Virus record (IMG/VR): IMGVR_UViG_3300038424_000171
Coordinates: 1 to 58,345 of that record
Length of the DNA: 58,345 nt
DNA from: a virus
Lineage: Duplodnaviria > Caudoviricetes
Direction: 5' to 3' (one strand)
Numbering within the stretch: position 1 is the first letter of the stretch; the number at the start of each line of letters is the position of its first letter. Below the pieces are notes generated by a model. It was not told where the DNA came from. It worked only from the letters and a program-made list of their open reading frames with translations, and made no database searches. Made by a program: the position numbers and the translations under genes. Below are positions 27,051 through 35,530 of the stretch, one piece after another.

Positions 27051-27149
27051 ATTTGAAGCATCATGCCTATATTTTCTGCGACTTGAAGTTGCACCATTGG
27101 GGCAGGCACAAATGGCGGGGACCATTCTGCACGGTGACGTGGCGCGGCA

Positions 27150-28736
27150 ATGTCTGAACCTAACCTCGCCGCCGCGCTGCAACCGCCCGACTTAAAATCG
27201 GTGCTGCGCGCCGACCTGCATAAGTACTTTCTCGCGCAGACCGGCGGACTCGACGCCTCTGGCGCGGTCACGGAAGAAGGCAAGATTTTCGACGTGGCGT
27301 TCATCCGCGACGTGATGGCTCCGGCAGTCACCGCGGCGGTCAACCACGAAATCGAAGCGCTCGCGCTGCTGTTGCCCGTGAGGCATACAAAGACCTGGTT
27401 TGTGAGCAAGCACACGATTCCGTGGGCGTTCGGTCGGTTTCCACAGCGCTCGAACATGCTGCTCTCCTACAGCGACGTATTCGCCAAGCGGTTCGGTCGC
27501 AACATCCTCGATCGCATGCAGACGATGGTGCACCGCTCCCTGTTTCCGGCCAATCAGATTTCCAAGTACGCGCATGGCGGCAATTATTTCGAGATAACCA
27601 ATGGCGCTTTTTTCGCTTCGGCGGGTTTCGACGGCCAAATTTCCGGGCTCGGTATAGGGGGAATTTTTGTCATCGACGACCCAATCAAAAATATCGAAGA
27701 GGCGCGTTCGCAGGCGCATGAGCAGACGTTGATGGACGTGTACCTTTCAACGGTCAAGACCCGACTCGAAAACGCATCGACCATCATGGCGACCACCCGC
27801 TGGTGCCGTGGCGACTTTTTCGAGCGCGTGATCGACGAAGAGGGATTGGCCGAGGACGGCGGCAAGTGGACCGTCATCACGCTGCCCGCGGAGGCGCGCG
27901 ACAACGATCCGGTTGGACGAGTACCGGGTGAATATTTGTGGCCGGAGCGTTGGTCGGAGAAGTGGTATCAGAACGCGAAAAAGAACAAGCGGTTCTGGCC
28001 TGCGCTCTATCAGCAAGACCCTCAGAGCGCGAGCGGCAAGAAGTTCGAGCGCTCTTGGCTGAATTTCTACCGAGAAGCGATTCGCCCCGGCAAGTTCAAA
28101 ACCTACATGATCTGCGACCCGGCCAAAGGCGGTAAGGACAAGTCGAGCAACCGGACTTCGATTCCGGTGTTCGCCGCCGCTCCGGGCAAAAAGCTGATGC
28201 TGGTCGATTGGGCGCTCGGCAGATTCGATCCCGACGAGCGCGCTGACCATTGGCTGCGCCTGTACCGCAAGTGGAAGCCGGTGCGCGCTGTGTACGAGGA
28301 ATACGGGCTGGTCAACGACAGTTGGTACTTGAATAAGCGCATGAAAGATCTCGGCTTCAACGCTCGCGCGATTCCAGTTGGGCGCAAGGGGCGCGCGTTC
28401 CGTCACTCGAAGGGCGACCGCATCGACTCGCTGATTCCCGACTTCCGCGAGGGGATGCTCTGGTTGCCCGATGAACAGTCACCCAACCGCGCCGCAATGC
28501 TCGGCAAGGAAGACGGAGAGCCGTTTGATCCCGTTCAATACCTGATCGAACAGGAGTACGTCGAATGGGCGGGCGAGGACTCGATACCCAACGACGACGC
28601 GCTGGATTCTTTTGCGTGGTTGCACTGCGACGAGTTGGGGATTACATATCCGAGAGACGACACACCGCGAGAGCCTGACTATATGAACATTTACAAGAAA
28701 ACGAGTGCGCGACCTCGAAGTTGGGAGCTTTGGTAA
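27150..28736 (+). CDS. terL: Terminase large subunit
   Basis: PVRHTKT (Walker A variant), IFVIDDPIKN (Walker B), TRW, ALYQQDP, ICDPA nuclease, NDDALD. Confidence 0.9.
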   Translation: MSEPNLAAALQPPDLKSVLRADLHKYFLAQTGGLDASGAVTEEGKIFDVAFIRDVMAPAVTAAVNHEIEALALLLPVRHTKTWFVSKHTIPWAFGRFPQRSNMLLSYSDVFAKRFGRNILDRMQTMVHRSLFPANQISKYAHGGNYFEITNGAFFASAGFDGQISGLGIGGIFVIDDPIKNIEEARSQAHEQTLMDVYLSTVKTRLENASTIMATTRWCRGDFFERVIDEEGLAEDGGKWTVITLPAEARDNDPVGRVPGEYLWPERWSEKWYQNAKKNKRFWPALYQQDPQSASGKKFERSWLNFYREAIRPGKFKTYMICDPAKGGKDKSSNRTSIPVFAAAPGKKLMLVDWALGRFDPDERADHWLRLYRKWKPVRAVYEEYGLVNDSWYLNKRMKDLGFNARAIPVGRKGRAFRHSKGDRIDSLIPDFREGMLWLPDEQSPNRAAMLGKEDGEPFDPVQYLIEQEYVEWAGEDSIPNDDALDSFAWLHCDELGITYPRDDTPREPDYMNIYKKTSARPRSWELW

Positions 28737-28990
28737 TGCACTGTCCCGCCTGCTATCACTCGGGTCACGCCGAGGAATCCTGCCGCACCTACGTTGCGGG
28801 ACAGGGTTGGTGCAAGTGCGACGGCGCGATGCCGGGGAGCATCCCGCATGGCGTGACGACCATAGTGCCGGGCAACGCGCTCAAGCGTATGCACTACACC
28901 GAGACAAAGGCGTTCGTCGAGAAGGCGCTAAAAGGCGCAGGCAAGCCGCCAGAGAGGGTGCGGAGGGCGATGCAAAATGTCGGAAACTGA
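28736..28990 (+). CDS. Hypothetical Cys/His protein
   Basis: TAATG coupling; CPACYH..H...C...CKC. Confidence 0.6.
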   Translation: MHCPACYHSGHAEESCRTYVAGQGWCKCDGAMPGSIPHGVTTIVPGNALKRMHYTETKAFVEKALKGAGKPPERVRRAMQNVGN

Positions 28991-31088
28991 TCTCACGCAG
29001 GGTCCGAATCAAGTAGGTTCCGGCGCTGACGGCATACAGCCCGGTCCTCAAGCCAGCGGCGACTACGTTCCCGACCCGTTGCTGCGCTGGATACTCCAGC
29101 AAGTCGGACGCGCGGAGCCGAAAATCAAGGATTGGCGCAAGAACACCGCGATGCCGGGCTTCCGGTTTCTCGCGGGGAGCCAGCTCTCCGACGAAGACGA
29201 AGCCATCCTGAAATCCGAGAACCGCCCGACTACCGCGTTCAACACGGCGCAAAAATATATCCGCTACATCTCCGGTGTGGAACGCGACTCTCCCGCCGGC
29301 CTGATGGTACAGGCCATCAATCTCGACTCGACACCCGCCGCCGCCGCCAGCGATTACCTGACGAAGTTCTACAACTGGGCCAATCGGCAGACCAAGGGCG
29401 ACAGCGAGCGCTCGCGCGCATATGAAGACTTCCTGACATGCGGGATGGCGTTCACGCAATCCTGCATTGACCGCTCCCGCGATCCGCGCGGACTCATTTC
29501 CGTAAGGCGTTTCTCCCCATTCGAGGCTCTATTCCCTGATAACTGCGATCGCATGAACCTGGAGGGCGCACGCTGGCTCGGCCGCGAATCGTGGGTGGAG
29601 GCCGAAGAAGCAAAAAGCTGGTTCGATGATGCGCACTCCTACTTTCTCATCGACCAGTGCGCTCGCAACAAGGAAGACGGCGGCGGCGGTCCAAGTCAGA
29701 ACCAACTCTGGCAGTGGCCGGAGCCTCCGCGCGTTCCCTATAAGATTCCCTACGTCCAATCGTATCCTCTGAGTTCTCTGGAAACCGAAGCGCCGAAAGC
29801 CGGACAAGTCAAACTGATGGAGTTCCAGTGGTGGCAGAACGCGCCGAAAATCATCTACATGGACCCGCTCACCCAGAAGGTTGAGACGAAAGACGAAGCC
29901 GACTTCAAGAAGTACGAGCGCCGCCTGCAACTGATCAACATTCCGATTCTGGATCACGAACGCGAAATCTCCCGTTCGTATCGCAAGGCGTTCGTTCTGG
30001 ACCGCCGCTTCATTCTCGGGGAGCCGACACCGCTTCCCGGCCCGCGCTTCACGATCAACGCTCTGTGTTGTCACTTCGCCGAGCATCTGCGGACCTGGTA
30101 CGGATTCATGTCGCTGCTGATCGATCCACAACGCTACAAAAACAAGGCATGGAATCAGGCGCTCGAAGCGCTGGCGCACGCGACCAAGGGCGGCTACATC
30201 GCGGAATTGAGCGCCATCGGCGATAAGGGCGACGTTGATCAGTTCAAGAAGGACGCCGCGGTGCCCGGAAGCATCAGCATCGTCACGGACGGGGCGCTGA
30301 AAAACGGCGCTATCAAGGAAAAGTCCAACGAGAAAGTGCCGGAAGCCGCACTCGCAATTATGAGCCACGTCGATTCTGAGATGGACGTGGTGACGGGCAT
30401 CTCCGCGGAATCGCTCGGCCTTGGCGCATCGACTACGGCTGGCGTGACGATCAAGCGCCGCCAGAGAGCGGGCATCGTTTTGCTTGCGGCCGAGTTCGAC
30501 GCGCTGCGCGACTTCCGCATCAACGAAGCGCACATCATTTTCGACCACGCGGAATTTATCACCGACGACCGCATGATGATGGTCGGCGAAGACCCTTACG
30601 ACCAGCAGGTCATGCAGTTGGTACGCGACCCGTTCACGTTGGAATACCTCGTGCAACTCGACGAAGCAGAGACCAACCCCGACGTGAAGATGATGTACAT
30701 GGAGTATCTGCTCGGCCCGCTCGGACAGACGATGCTCCGCATGAATATATTTACGCCCGACATGCTTAACGCGCTCCCGTTCCCGCGCAAGTGGATCGAG
30801 GCGATCAAGCAGAGCATCGAGCAGAAGACGAAGAAGGAGCAGGAGATGCGGGCGCAGGGCTTGCCGATACCGGGGCAACGCGGGCCTCAGAAGACGCCCG
30901 ACGAACGCGCATCGGAGATTCTCTATCGCCGTGCGCAATCGGTGCAGAAACTCGCACAGGCAGAAAGCCTCACCAAGAAGACGGGGCTGGAAGCGGTGCG
31001 GATGCTTTTGGAGTCCCTCACGCCGCAGCCGCAGATGCCGGGCGGGAACGGCGGGCCTCCGCAACCGCAGAATCGCGGGATTGCGTAA
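28977..31088 (+). CDS. Portal protein (P22/N4-like)
   Basis: F.AG.Q.S......L....RP...FN; YGFM.LLIDPQR..NK; VTGI.AESLG; RQ.AG; position after TerL. Confidence 0.88.
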   Translation: MSETDLTQGPNQVGSGADGIQPGPQASGDYVPDPLLRWILQQVGRAEPKIKDWRKNTAMPGFRFLAGSQLSDEDEAILKSENRPTTAFNTAQKYIRYISGVERDSPAGLMVQAINLDSTPAAAASDYLTKFYNWANRQTKGDSERSRAYEDFLTCGMAFTQSCIDRSRDPRGLISVRRFSPFEALFPDNCDRMNLEGARWLGRESWVEAEEAKSWFDDAHSYFLIDQCARNKEDGGGGPSQNQLWQWPEPPRVPYKIPYVQSYPLSSLETEAPKAGQVKLMEFQWWQNAPKIIYMDPLTQKVETKDEADFKKYERRLQLINIPILDHEREISRSYRKAFVLDRRFILGEPTPLPGPRFTINALCCHFAEHLRTWYGFMSLLIDPQRYKNKAWNQALEALAHATKGGYIAELSAIGDKGDVDQFKKDAAVPGSISIVTDGALKNGAIKEKSNEKVPEAALAIMSHVDSEMDVVTGISAESLGLGASTTAGVTIKRRQRAGIVLLAAEFDALRDFRINEAHIIFDHAEFITDDRMMMVGEDPYDQQVMQLVRDPFTLEYLVQLDEAETNPDVKMMYMEYLLGPLGQTMLRMNIFTPDMLNALPFPRKWIEAIKQSIEQKTKKEQEMRAQGLPIPGQRGPQKTPDERASEILYRRAQSVQKLAQAESLTKKTGLEAVRMLLESLTPQPQMPGGNGGPPQPQNRGIA

Positions 31089-31252
31089 TGGAAGTCTCCG
31101 ACGTGGATCGCGCCAATGCAGCCGTGCGCCGCGCCGAGATTGGGCACGATGAAGGACTCCGCGACATCCGCCACCTGCGCGACATCATCAAGAAGCAGGC
31201 GGAGACGATTCTGGACCTCGAACGCAAAGTGAAGGACGTTGGTGTGCCGTGA
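31088..31252 (+). CDS. Small coiled-coil hypothetical protein
   Basis: TAATG coupling to the portal stop. Confidence 0.5.
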   Translation: MEVSDVDRANAAVRRAEIGHDEGLRDIRHLRDIIKKQAETILDLERKVKDVGVP

Positions 31253-31754
31253 AGCGGATGGTCGAATGTGGAGATTCATCGTGAACTCAGGAAACTTAAT
31301 CGAAGTAAAACTAATTCCCCACGAACAGGAAAGGTATTCATCATGGGCGGATTGGACATTCCATCCTGACGGCTCAATAACGATCTACGTCTCAAATGAA
31401 TCAAAGCTCGCGAGCATCAAGGATCGTCGCTACCTGTTCCTCGCCGCAATCCACGAATTGGTGGAGGCGTTTGTCTTGAGCCATCAACTCGGCAGCGACC
31501 AGAAAGCGCAGGTGGAATGCGACGACTTCGATTTCGATTACGAAGCGCGCCGTATGGAAGGTCAGATTCATGCCGCGTGCGGCTGCGAAATTACGGACGA
31601 TCCTGGTGCTGACAAGCACGCTCCCTACAAAAGCGCCCATCACGCTGCGGAAGTGGTGGAGTACGGACTGGCGAGACTGCTTGGCGTGGACCCGAAGGAA
31701 TACGACGCGGCGTTCATCGCGCTCGATGGCGGAGTGGCGGGAAATCGGAAATGA
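31239..31754 (+). CDS. Metallopeptidase-like (zincin-type HExxE) protein; start uncertain
   Basis: AIHELVEA and DDPG...APY..AH..A..VE. Confidence 0.5.
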   Translation: MVCREADGRMWRFIVNSGNLIEVKLIPHEQERYSSWADWTFHPDGSITIYVSNESKLASIKDRRYLFLAAIHELVEAFVLSHQLGSDQKAQVECDDFDFDYEARRMEGQIHAACGCEITDDPGADKHAPYKSAHHAAEVVEYGLARLLGVDPKEYDAAFIALDGGVAGNRK

Positions 31755-33067
31755 AACCCGTTGAAGATGTCATCGCGTGCGTGATCGACCAGGGCACGTT
31801 CATCTCGATAGCAGAAAAGCTCGGCGAGACATGCGCGAAAGTTTTTTACCATTCCCCTTATGAAACTGAATACCAGGACATTCGCGCGTGCGTGCAGGGG
31901 CACGGACTCGACAACGTAGAGCGCCTTGACGATCTGTTCGACCGCATCAATGAGATCGATCTGTTCGTATTCCCCGACATCGGTTTTAGTTCCCTCCAGC
32001 GCCATCTCCGCAGTCTCGGCAAGGCGGTGTGGGGGCATATGGGCGCAACTGACCTTGAGTTGTACCGCGACTTCTTTCTCGACATATTGCGCGAGCACGG
32101 CCTGCCGACGATTCACTCCGAAACGCTGGTCGGCGTGACCAAGCTCGCCGCATACCTGAAAGAGCACAAAAACCAGTGGGTGAAGATTAACCGCTTTCGC
32201 GGGAACATGGAAACATTCAGATCGTTCGACTACAACCACAGTATTCGTAAGCTAGACGAGCTCGCGGTGATCTTCGGCGGCGCGAAAGAGCATGTGGTCT
32301 TTGTCGTGCAGGACGACCTCGAAACAGTTGGTGAAATCGGCTACGACGGCTGGTGCATCGACGGTCGATACCCGTCAGCGTCGTTTCAGGGCTACGAAAA
32401 AAAGAACGAACTATATCTCGGCTCATTGCTTGCGGCTGAAGACCTCCCCGAAGAAATCATCATCGTCAACGAAGCGATGGCGCCGATTCTCGAAAACTAC
32501 GGATACCGCGACTGGTGGGCGACGGAGATTCGCAAAGGGAAAGATGGACTACCCTATTTCATCGACCCTACTCCGCGTATGCCGGGGCAGACGGGAGAGC
32601 ATCAACTTGAGACTCTGACCAACTTTGCCGATGTGATCTGGCAGGGCGCGAACGGGTTTTTGATCGAGCCGGAGTTCCAGTGGCACTTCGCCGCAGAAGC
32701 CACCCTTCACTACGACCTGAAACCGCGCGACCCGACCGTTACCGACGAATGGAAGACGCTGCACCTGCCGGAAGATTCCCGCTGGTTCAAGTTCTATCAC
32801 TACTGCAAAATGAACGGCATCTATCACTTCACCGCGAAAGACACCGACGAAATCGGTGTCGTGCTCGGCGTCGGCGATTCGGTCGAGGAAGCGATCAAGC
32901 ATCTTCAGGCGAATCTCGATACGGTCAAGGACTTGCCGGTGTCGGCCAACCTCGCGGGATTTGCGAGTCTGCTGGATTCAATCAAAAAGGCTGAGAAACA
33001 AGGGGTCAAGTTTGGCGGGCGCATTCCGAAGCCCGCAGAAATTTTCAAAGACGGAGCGAGTTTATGA
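31751..33067 (+). CDS. ATP-grasp ligase (PurD-like)
   Basis: DLFVFPD, LELYRDF, WVKI, FVVQD, EIGYD, YFIDPTPR. Confidence 0.75.
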   Translation: MKPVEDVIACVIDQGTFISIAEKLGETCAKVFYHSPYETEYQDIRACVQGHGLDNVERLDDLFDRINEIDLFVFPDIGFSSLQRHLRSLGKAVWGHMGATDLELYRDFFLDILREHGLPTIHSETLVGVTKLAAYLKEHKNQWVKINRFRGNMETFRSFDYNHSIRKLDELAVIFGGAKEHVVFVVQDDLETVGEIGYDGWCIDGRYPSASFQGYEKKNELYLGSLLAAEDLPEEIIIVNEAMAPILENYGYRDWWATEIRKGKDGLPYFIDPTPRMPGQTGEHQLETLTNFADVIWQGANGFLIEPEFQWHFAAEATLHYDLKPRDPTVTDEWKTLHLPEDSRWFKFYHYCKMNGIYHFTAKDTDEIGVVLGVGDSVEEAIKHLQANLDTVKDLPVSANLAGFASLLDSIKKAEKQGVKFGGRIPKPAEIFKDGASL

Positions 33068-33327
33068 AGGCAGAATTTAAACGATTGAATTGTATCGAAC
33101 TCACGGCGGAAAATTCCGCCGAACAAGTGCTAATGGCGGAGTTTGCGCGCTCTTCTCTTCCGACACTTTCCGATGACCATGTGGAATTGGTAGTGAACAA
33201 TCCAAATGTCGGACAAGTTTTGCAGAATCTTGCTGTTGGATCACCGATGGAAATTATGATTCATCGCGAGCCAAAGAAAGCGCAAAACTTGGTAATACCA
33301 GCGGTCAAAATTGGCAGGGGTCTTTAA
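33064..33327 (+). CDS. Hypothetical protein
   Basis: ATGA overlap; GGAG RBS. Confidence 0.6.
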   Translation: MKAEFKRLNCIELTAENSAEQVLMAEFARSSLPTLSDDHVELVVNNPNVGQVLQNLAVGSPMEIMIHREPKKAQNLVIPAVKIGRGL

Positions 33328-33328
33328 C

Positions 33329-34540
33329 ATGGCAAACGCAGGACGGCTACGAACCAAAACAATCGACAATCCGCTCGAAACGATGCTGCTGGAGCAGGAG
33401 ACGCAGGTGCTCGCGGGCGTGCCGAAAGAAACGCGGGAAGCGTTGGGTCTGGAGAGTCCCGAAATAGCGCCGCCGCCCGCGCCACCCGAGAAGGAACCCG
33501 TAGTCGAGCCGCCTGCGCCGCCGGAAACACCTGTTGCGGAACCGCCACCTGCGCCCGCTCCTGTTGCCACACCGCCGTCACCAGAACCGCCGCCCGCCGC
33601 TGCGCCACCTGAGCCAGCGCCCGCTACTGCCCCGCCTGCTGCGGCAGCCGCACCCCCAGCGGCTCCACAGCCTCCAGTTGCGCCAGTGGCCGAACCGCCA
33701 GGCGGGTTTCCGTGGCGTGAACTCAAGAAACTGCGCAAGGAGATGGACGCTCTCAAGAGTCGAGCGCCGGCGCTTCCAACGCCCGAAACTCCACTGGTCC
33801 CAAGCGAGCAGCCGCCCGCCGACGCTGACGATCCGTTGGGTATTGACGCGCGAGCGCGAGCGATCATCCAGCCTGAAATCGATCGCCTTGCTCAGCAGCA
33901 AGAGCAATTCCGAGTTCAGCAGGAGCAGGAACGCCAGCGCGTCGAACTGCAATCGCAAGAAGCGACATTTCGCGCCAAGGAACCCGCTTACGACGAAGCC
34001 GCGGTGTTTCTCATCAAGAGCGCCCGCGACGAGTACGAGGACAGCGGTGCTGACAAATGGCGCGGCTCGATGATTCTCAAGGGTGCAGAGACAAATCCGC
34101 AAGTGCGTGCCGCCGTCGATCAGGTTGCCGACCAGTTCAACATCTCCGACGAGGAAGCCGCCCGCCGAATCGCCGTCGATCTGTACGTCACCGAGCAGTA
34201 CAACAACATCCGCAATGGTGCCGCAGCCGCAAGACAGCCGCTTCCCGAAGTTGTCTGGAGACGCGCGGTTGCCCGCGGATTCACGAAAGCGGCACCCGCT
34301 CCAGCGCCCGCGCCAGCCGCGCCCCCCATGTCGCCCATCGAACGGGCGCGTCGGTTGAATGCGGCCGGCCCAAGTCTGGGGAACATGCAGAGCGGCGGAG
34401 CGCCCGCGCCGAGACAAGGGGCAGCGCCGCCGAAAACGAAGGCGGAATACGAACAGATTGTCCGTGATGGTCTGTTCACCGATCAACTGTCGGCGGCATG
34501 GGACCGCATGGACCCGAAATGGGATGAGAAACTAGCATGA
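33329..34540 (+). CDS. Capsid scaffolding protein (putative)
   Basis: Pro/Ala/Glu-rich N-terminus, coiled coil, PSLG near the C-terminus; position between portal and capsid. Confidence 0.7.
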   Translation: MANAGRLRTKTIDNPLETMLLEQETQVLAGVPKETREALGLESPEIAPPPAPPEKEPVVEPPAPPETPVAEPPPAPAPVATPPSPEPPPAAAPPEPAPATAPPAAAAAPPAAPQPPVAPVAEPPGGFPWRELKKLRKEMDALKSRAPALPTPETPLVPSEQPPADADDPLGIDARARAIIQPEIDRLAQQQEQFRVQQEQERQRVELQSQEATFRAKEPAYDEAAVFLIKSARDEYEDSGADKWRGSMILKGAETNPQVRAAVDQVADQFNISDEEAARRIAVDLYVTEQYNNIRNGAAAARQPLPEVVWRRAVARGFTKAAPAPAPAPAAPPMSPIERARRLNAAGPSLGNMQSGGAPAPRQGAAPPKTKAEYEQIVRDGLFTDQLSAAWDRMDPKWDEKLA

Positions 34541-34797
34541 GCAAAAGAATAGTTGGTTTCACTTCGTTGGTTGGCAAGGACAAAGTGTACGTCGATGCTG
34601 ACAAAGTAGAAGCGCTGGCTTACGGCACTTTTGCGCGGCCGAGTCCCATCAACGGAGCCACAGTGAGCACGGCGATTGTGCAGCTTCTCGGTGCGGGCTG
34701 GCAACTTGTCACGCCCGAGAAGATGGACGAAGTGCGCCGCAAACTCGGATGGACGATTGCCGCCGACGTGGAAAAATCTGCTGAGAAGGTTGCGTGA
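34537..34797 (+). CDS. Hypothetical protein
   Basis: ATGA overlap. Confidence 0.6.
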   Translation: MSKRIVGFTSLVGKDKVYVDADKVEALAYGTFARPSPINGATVSTAIVQLLGAGWQLVTPEKMDEVRRKLGWTIAADVEKSAEKVA

Positions 34798-35513
34798 GTC
34801 AGCCGACAATCGTTCTGGGCTACGTCCACGGCGACATGCTGGACGCTGCGTTCAAGCAGAGCATCGACAACTTCAAGGCATTCGACGAGCGCAGCCGCCG
34901 CGTGGCGATCGCTCAAGGATTCGAGAGGGGCAACTTCGTTGACGACAACCGCAACGCGATGGTCCACGACTTTCTCGACACGCCCGCTGACTACTTGCTC
35001 TTTCTCGATACCGACATCGAGTTCGAGCCGCATCATCCATACGTCCTGCTCGACGAAGCAGTAACGAATGACCGCGCGATCATGAGCGGCATCTACTACT
35101 CGTTCATCATCGACGGCAAGCTGCGGCCGGTCTGGTTCACCGATCCGCTCAAAGCTGATGGCCCCGTCTGCGCGTTCGGCAACTTCGATCCTGCTGAAGT
35201 TGTCGTGCCGCTCGCCGCCGCTGGCATGGGCTTCTGCCTGATTCGCCGCGACGTATTCGAGAAGATGTGGGGGGTGCCGGAGTGGGCGGCTGATTACTGG
35301 ACGTGGTTCGGCCGCGACCGCTATCGCATCCCCGACGGCACCTTCAAGCATCATGGCGAGGACATTTGCTTTTGTCTGCGCGCGAAAAAAATCGGCATCC
35401 AGACGTGGGGCCACAAGGGCGTAGCGGTCAAGCACTGGAAGAAGATTCCGCTCGACGAAGAGTTGTTCCGCGTGCTGGTGGAAGATGCGCAGCGGCGTGG
35501 AGTTGAATATTGA
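34794..35513 (+). CDS. GT-A fold (GT2-like) glycosyltransferase
   Basis: RN.MV..FL....DYLLFLDTD (DxD), GMGFCLIRRDVFE, GEDI.FC. Confidence 0.88.
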   Translation: MSQPTIVLGYVHGDMLDAAFKQSIDNFKAFDERSRRVAIAQGFERGNFVDDNRNAMVHDFLDTPADYLLFLDTDIEFEPHHPYVLLDEAVTNDRAIMSGIYYSFIIDGKLRPVWFTDPLKADGPVCAFGNFDPAEVVVPLAAAGMGFCLIRRDVFEKMWGVPEWAADYWTWFGRDRYRIPDGTFKHHGEDICFCLRAKKIGIQTWGHKGVAVKHWKKIPLDEELFRVLVEDAQRRGVEY

Positions 35514-35530
35514 CCCATTGAGGTTGCGCG

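Larger units (their letters stand above)
26483..27157 (+). pseudogene. 64-aa Cys/His protein gene interrupted by cassette 2
   Basis: Joining 26483-26578 to 27059-27157 gives an intact ORF ending ...EDLK|HHAYIFCDLKLHHWGRHKWRGPFCTVTWRGNV*. Confidence 0.8.

Noticed and set aside
29529-31064. Long antisense ORFs (511 aa here; also 36410-37663, 7828-8943, 2359-3270)
   Set aside because: Shadow frames of GC-rich genes with strong codon bias; no motifs or RBS
31751-33067. Auxiliary metabolic purD
   Set aside because: Only the ATP-grasp fold is evident, and head-operon context with no purine genes argues against it
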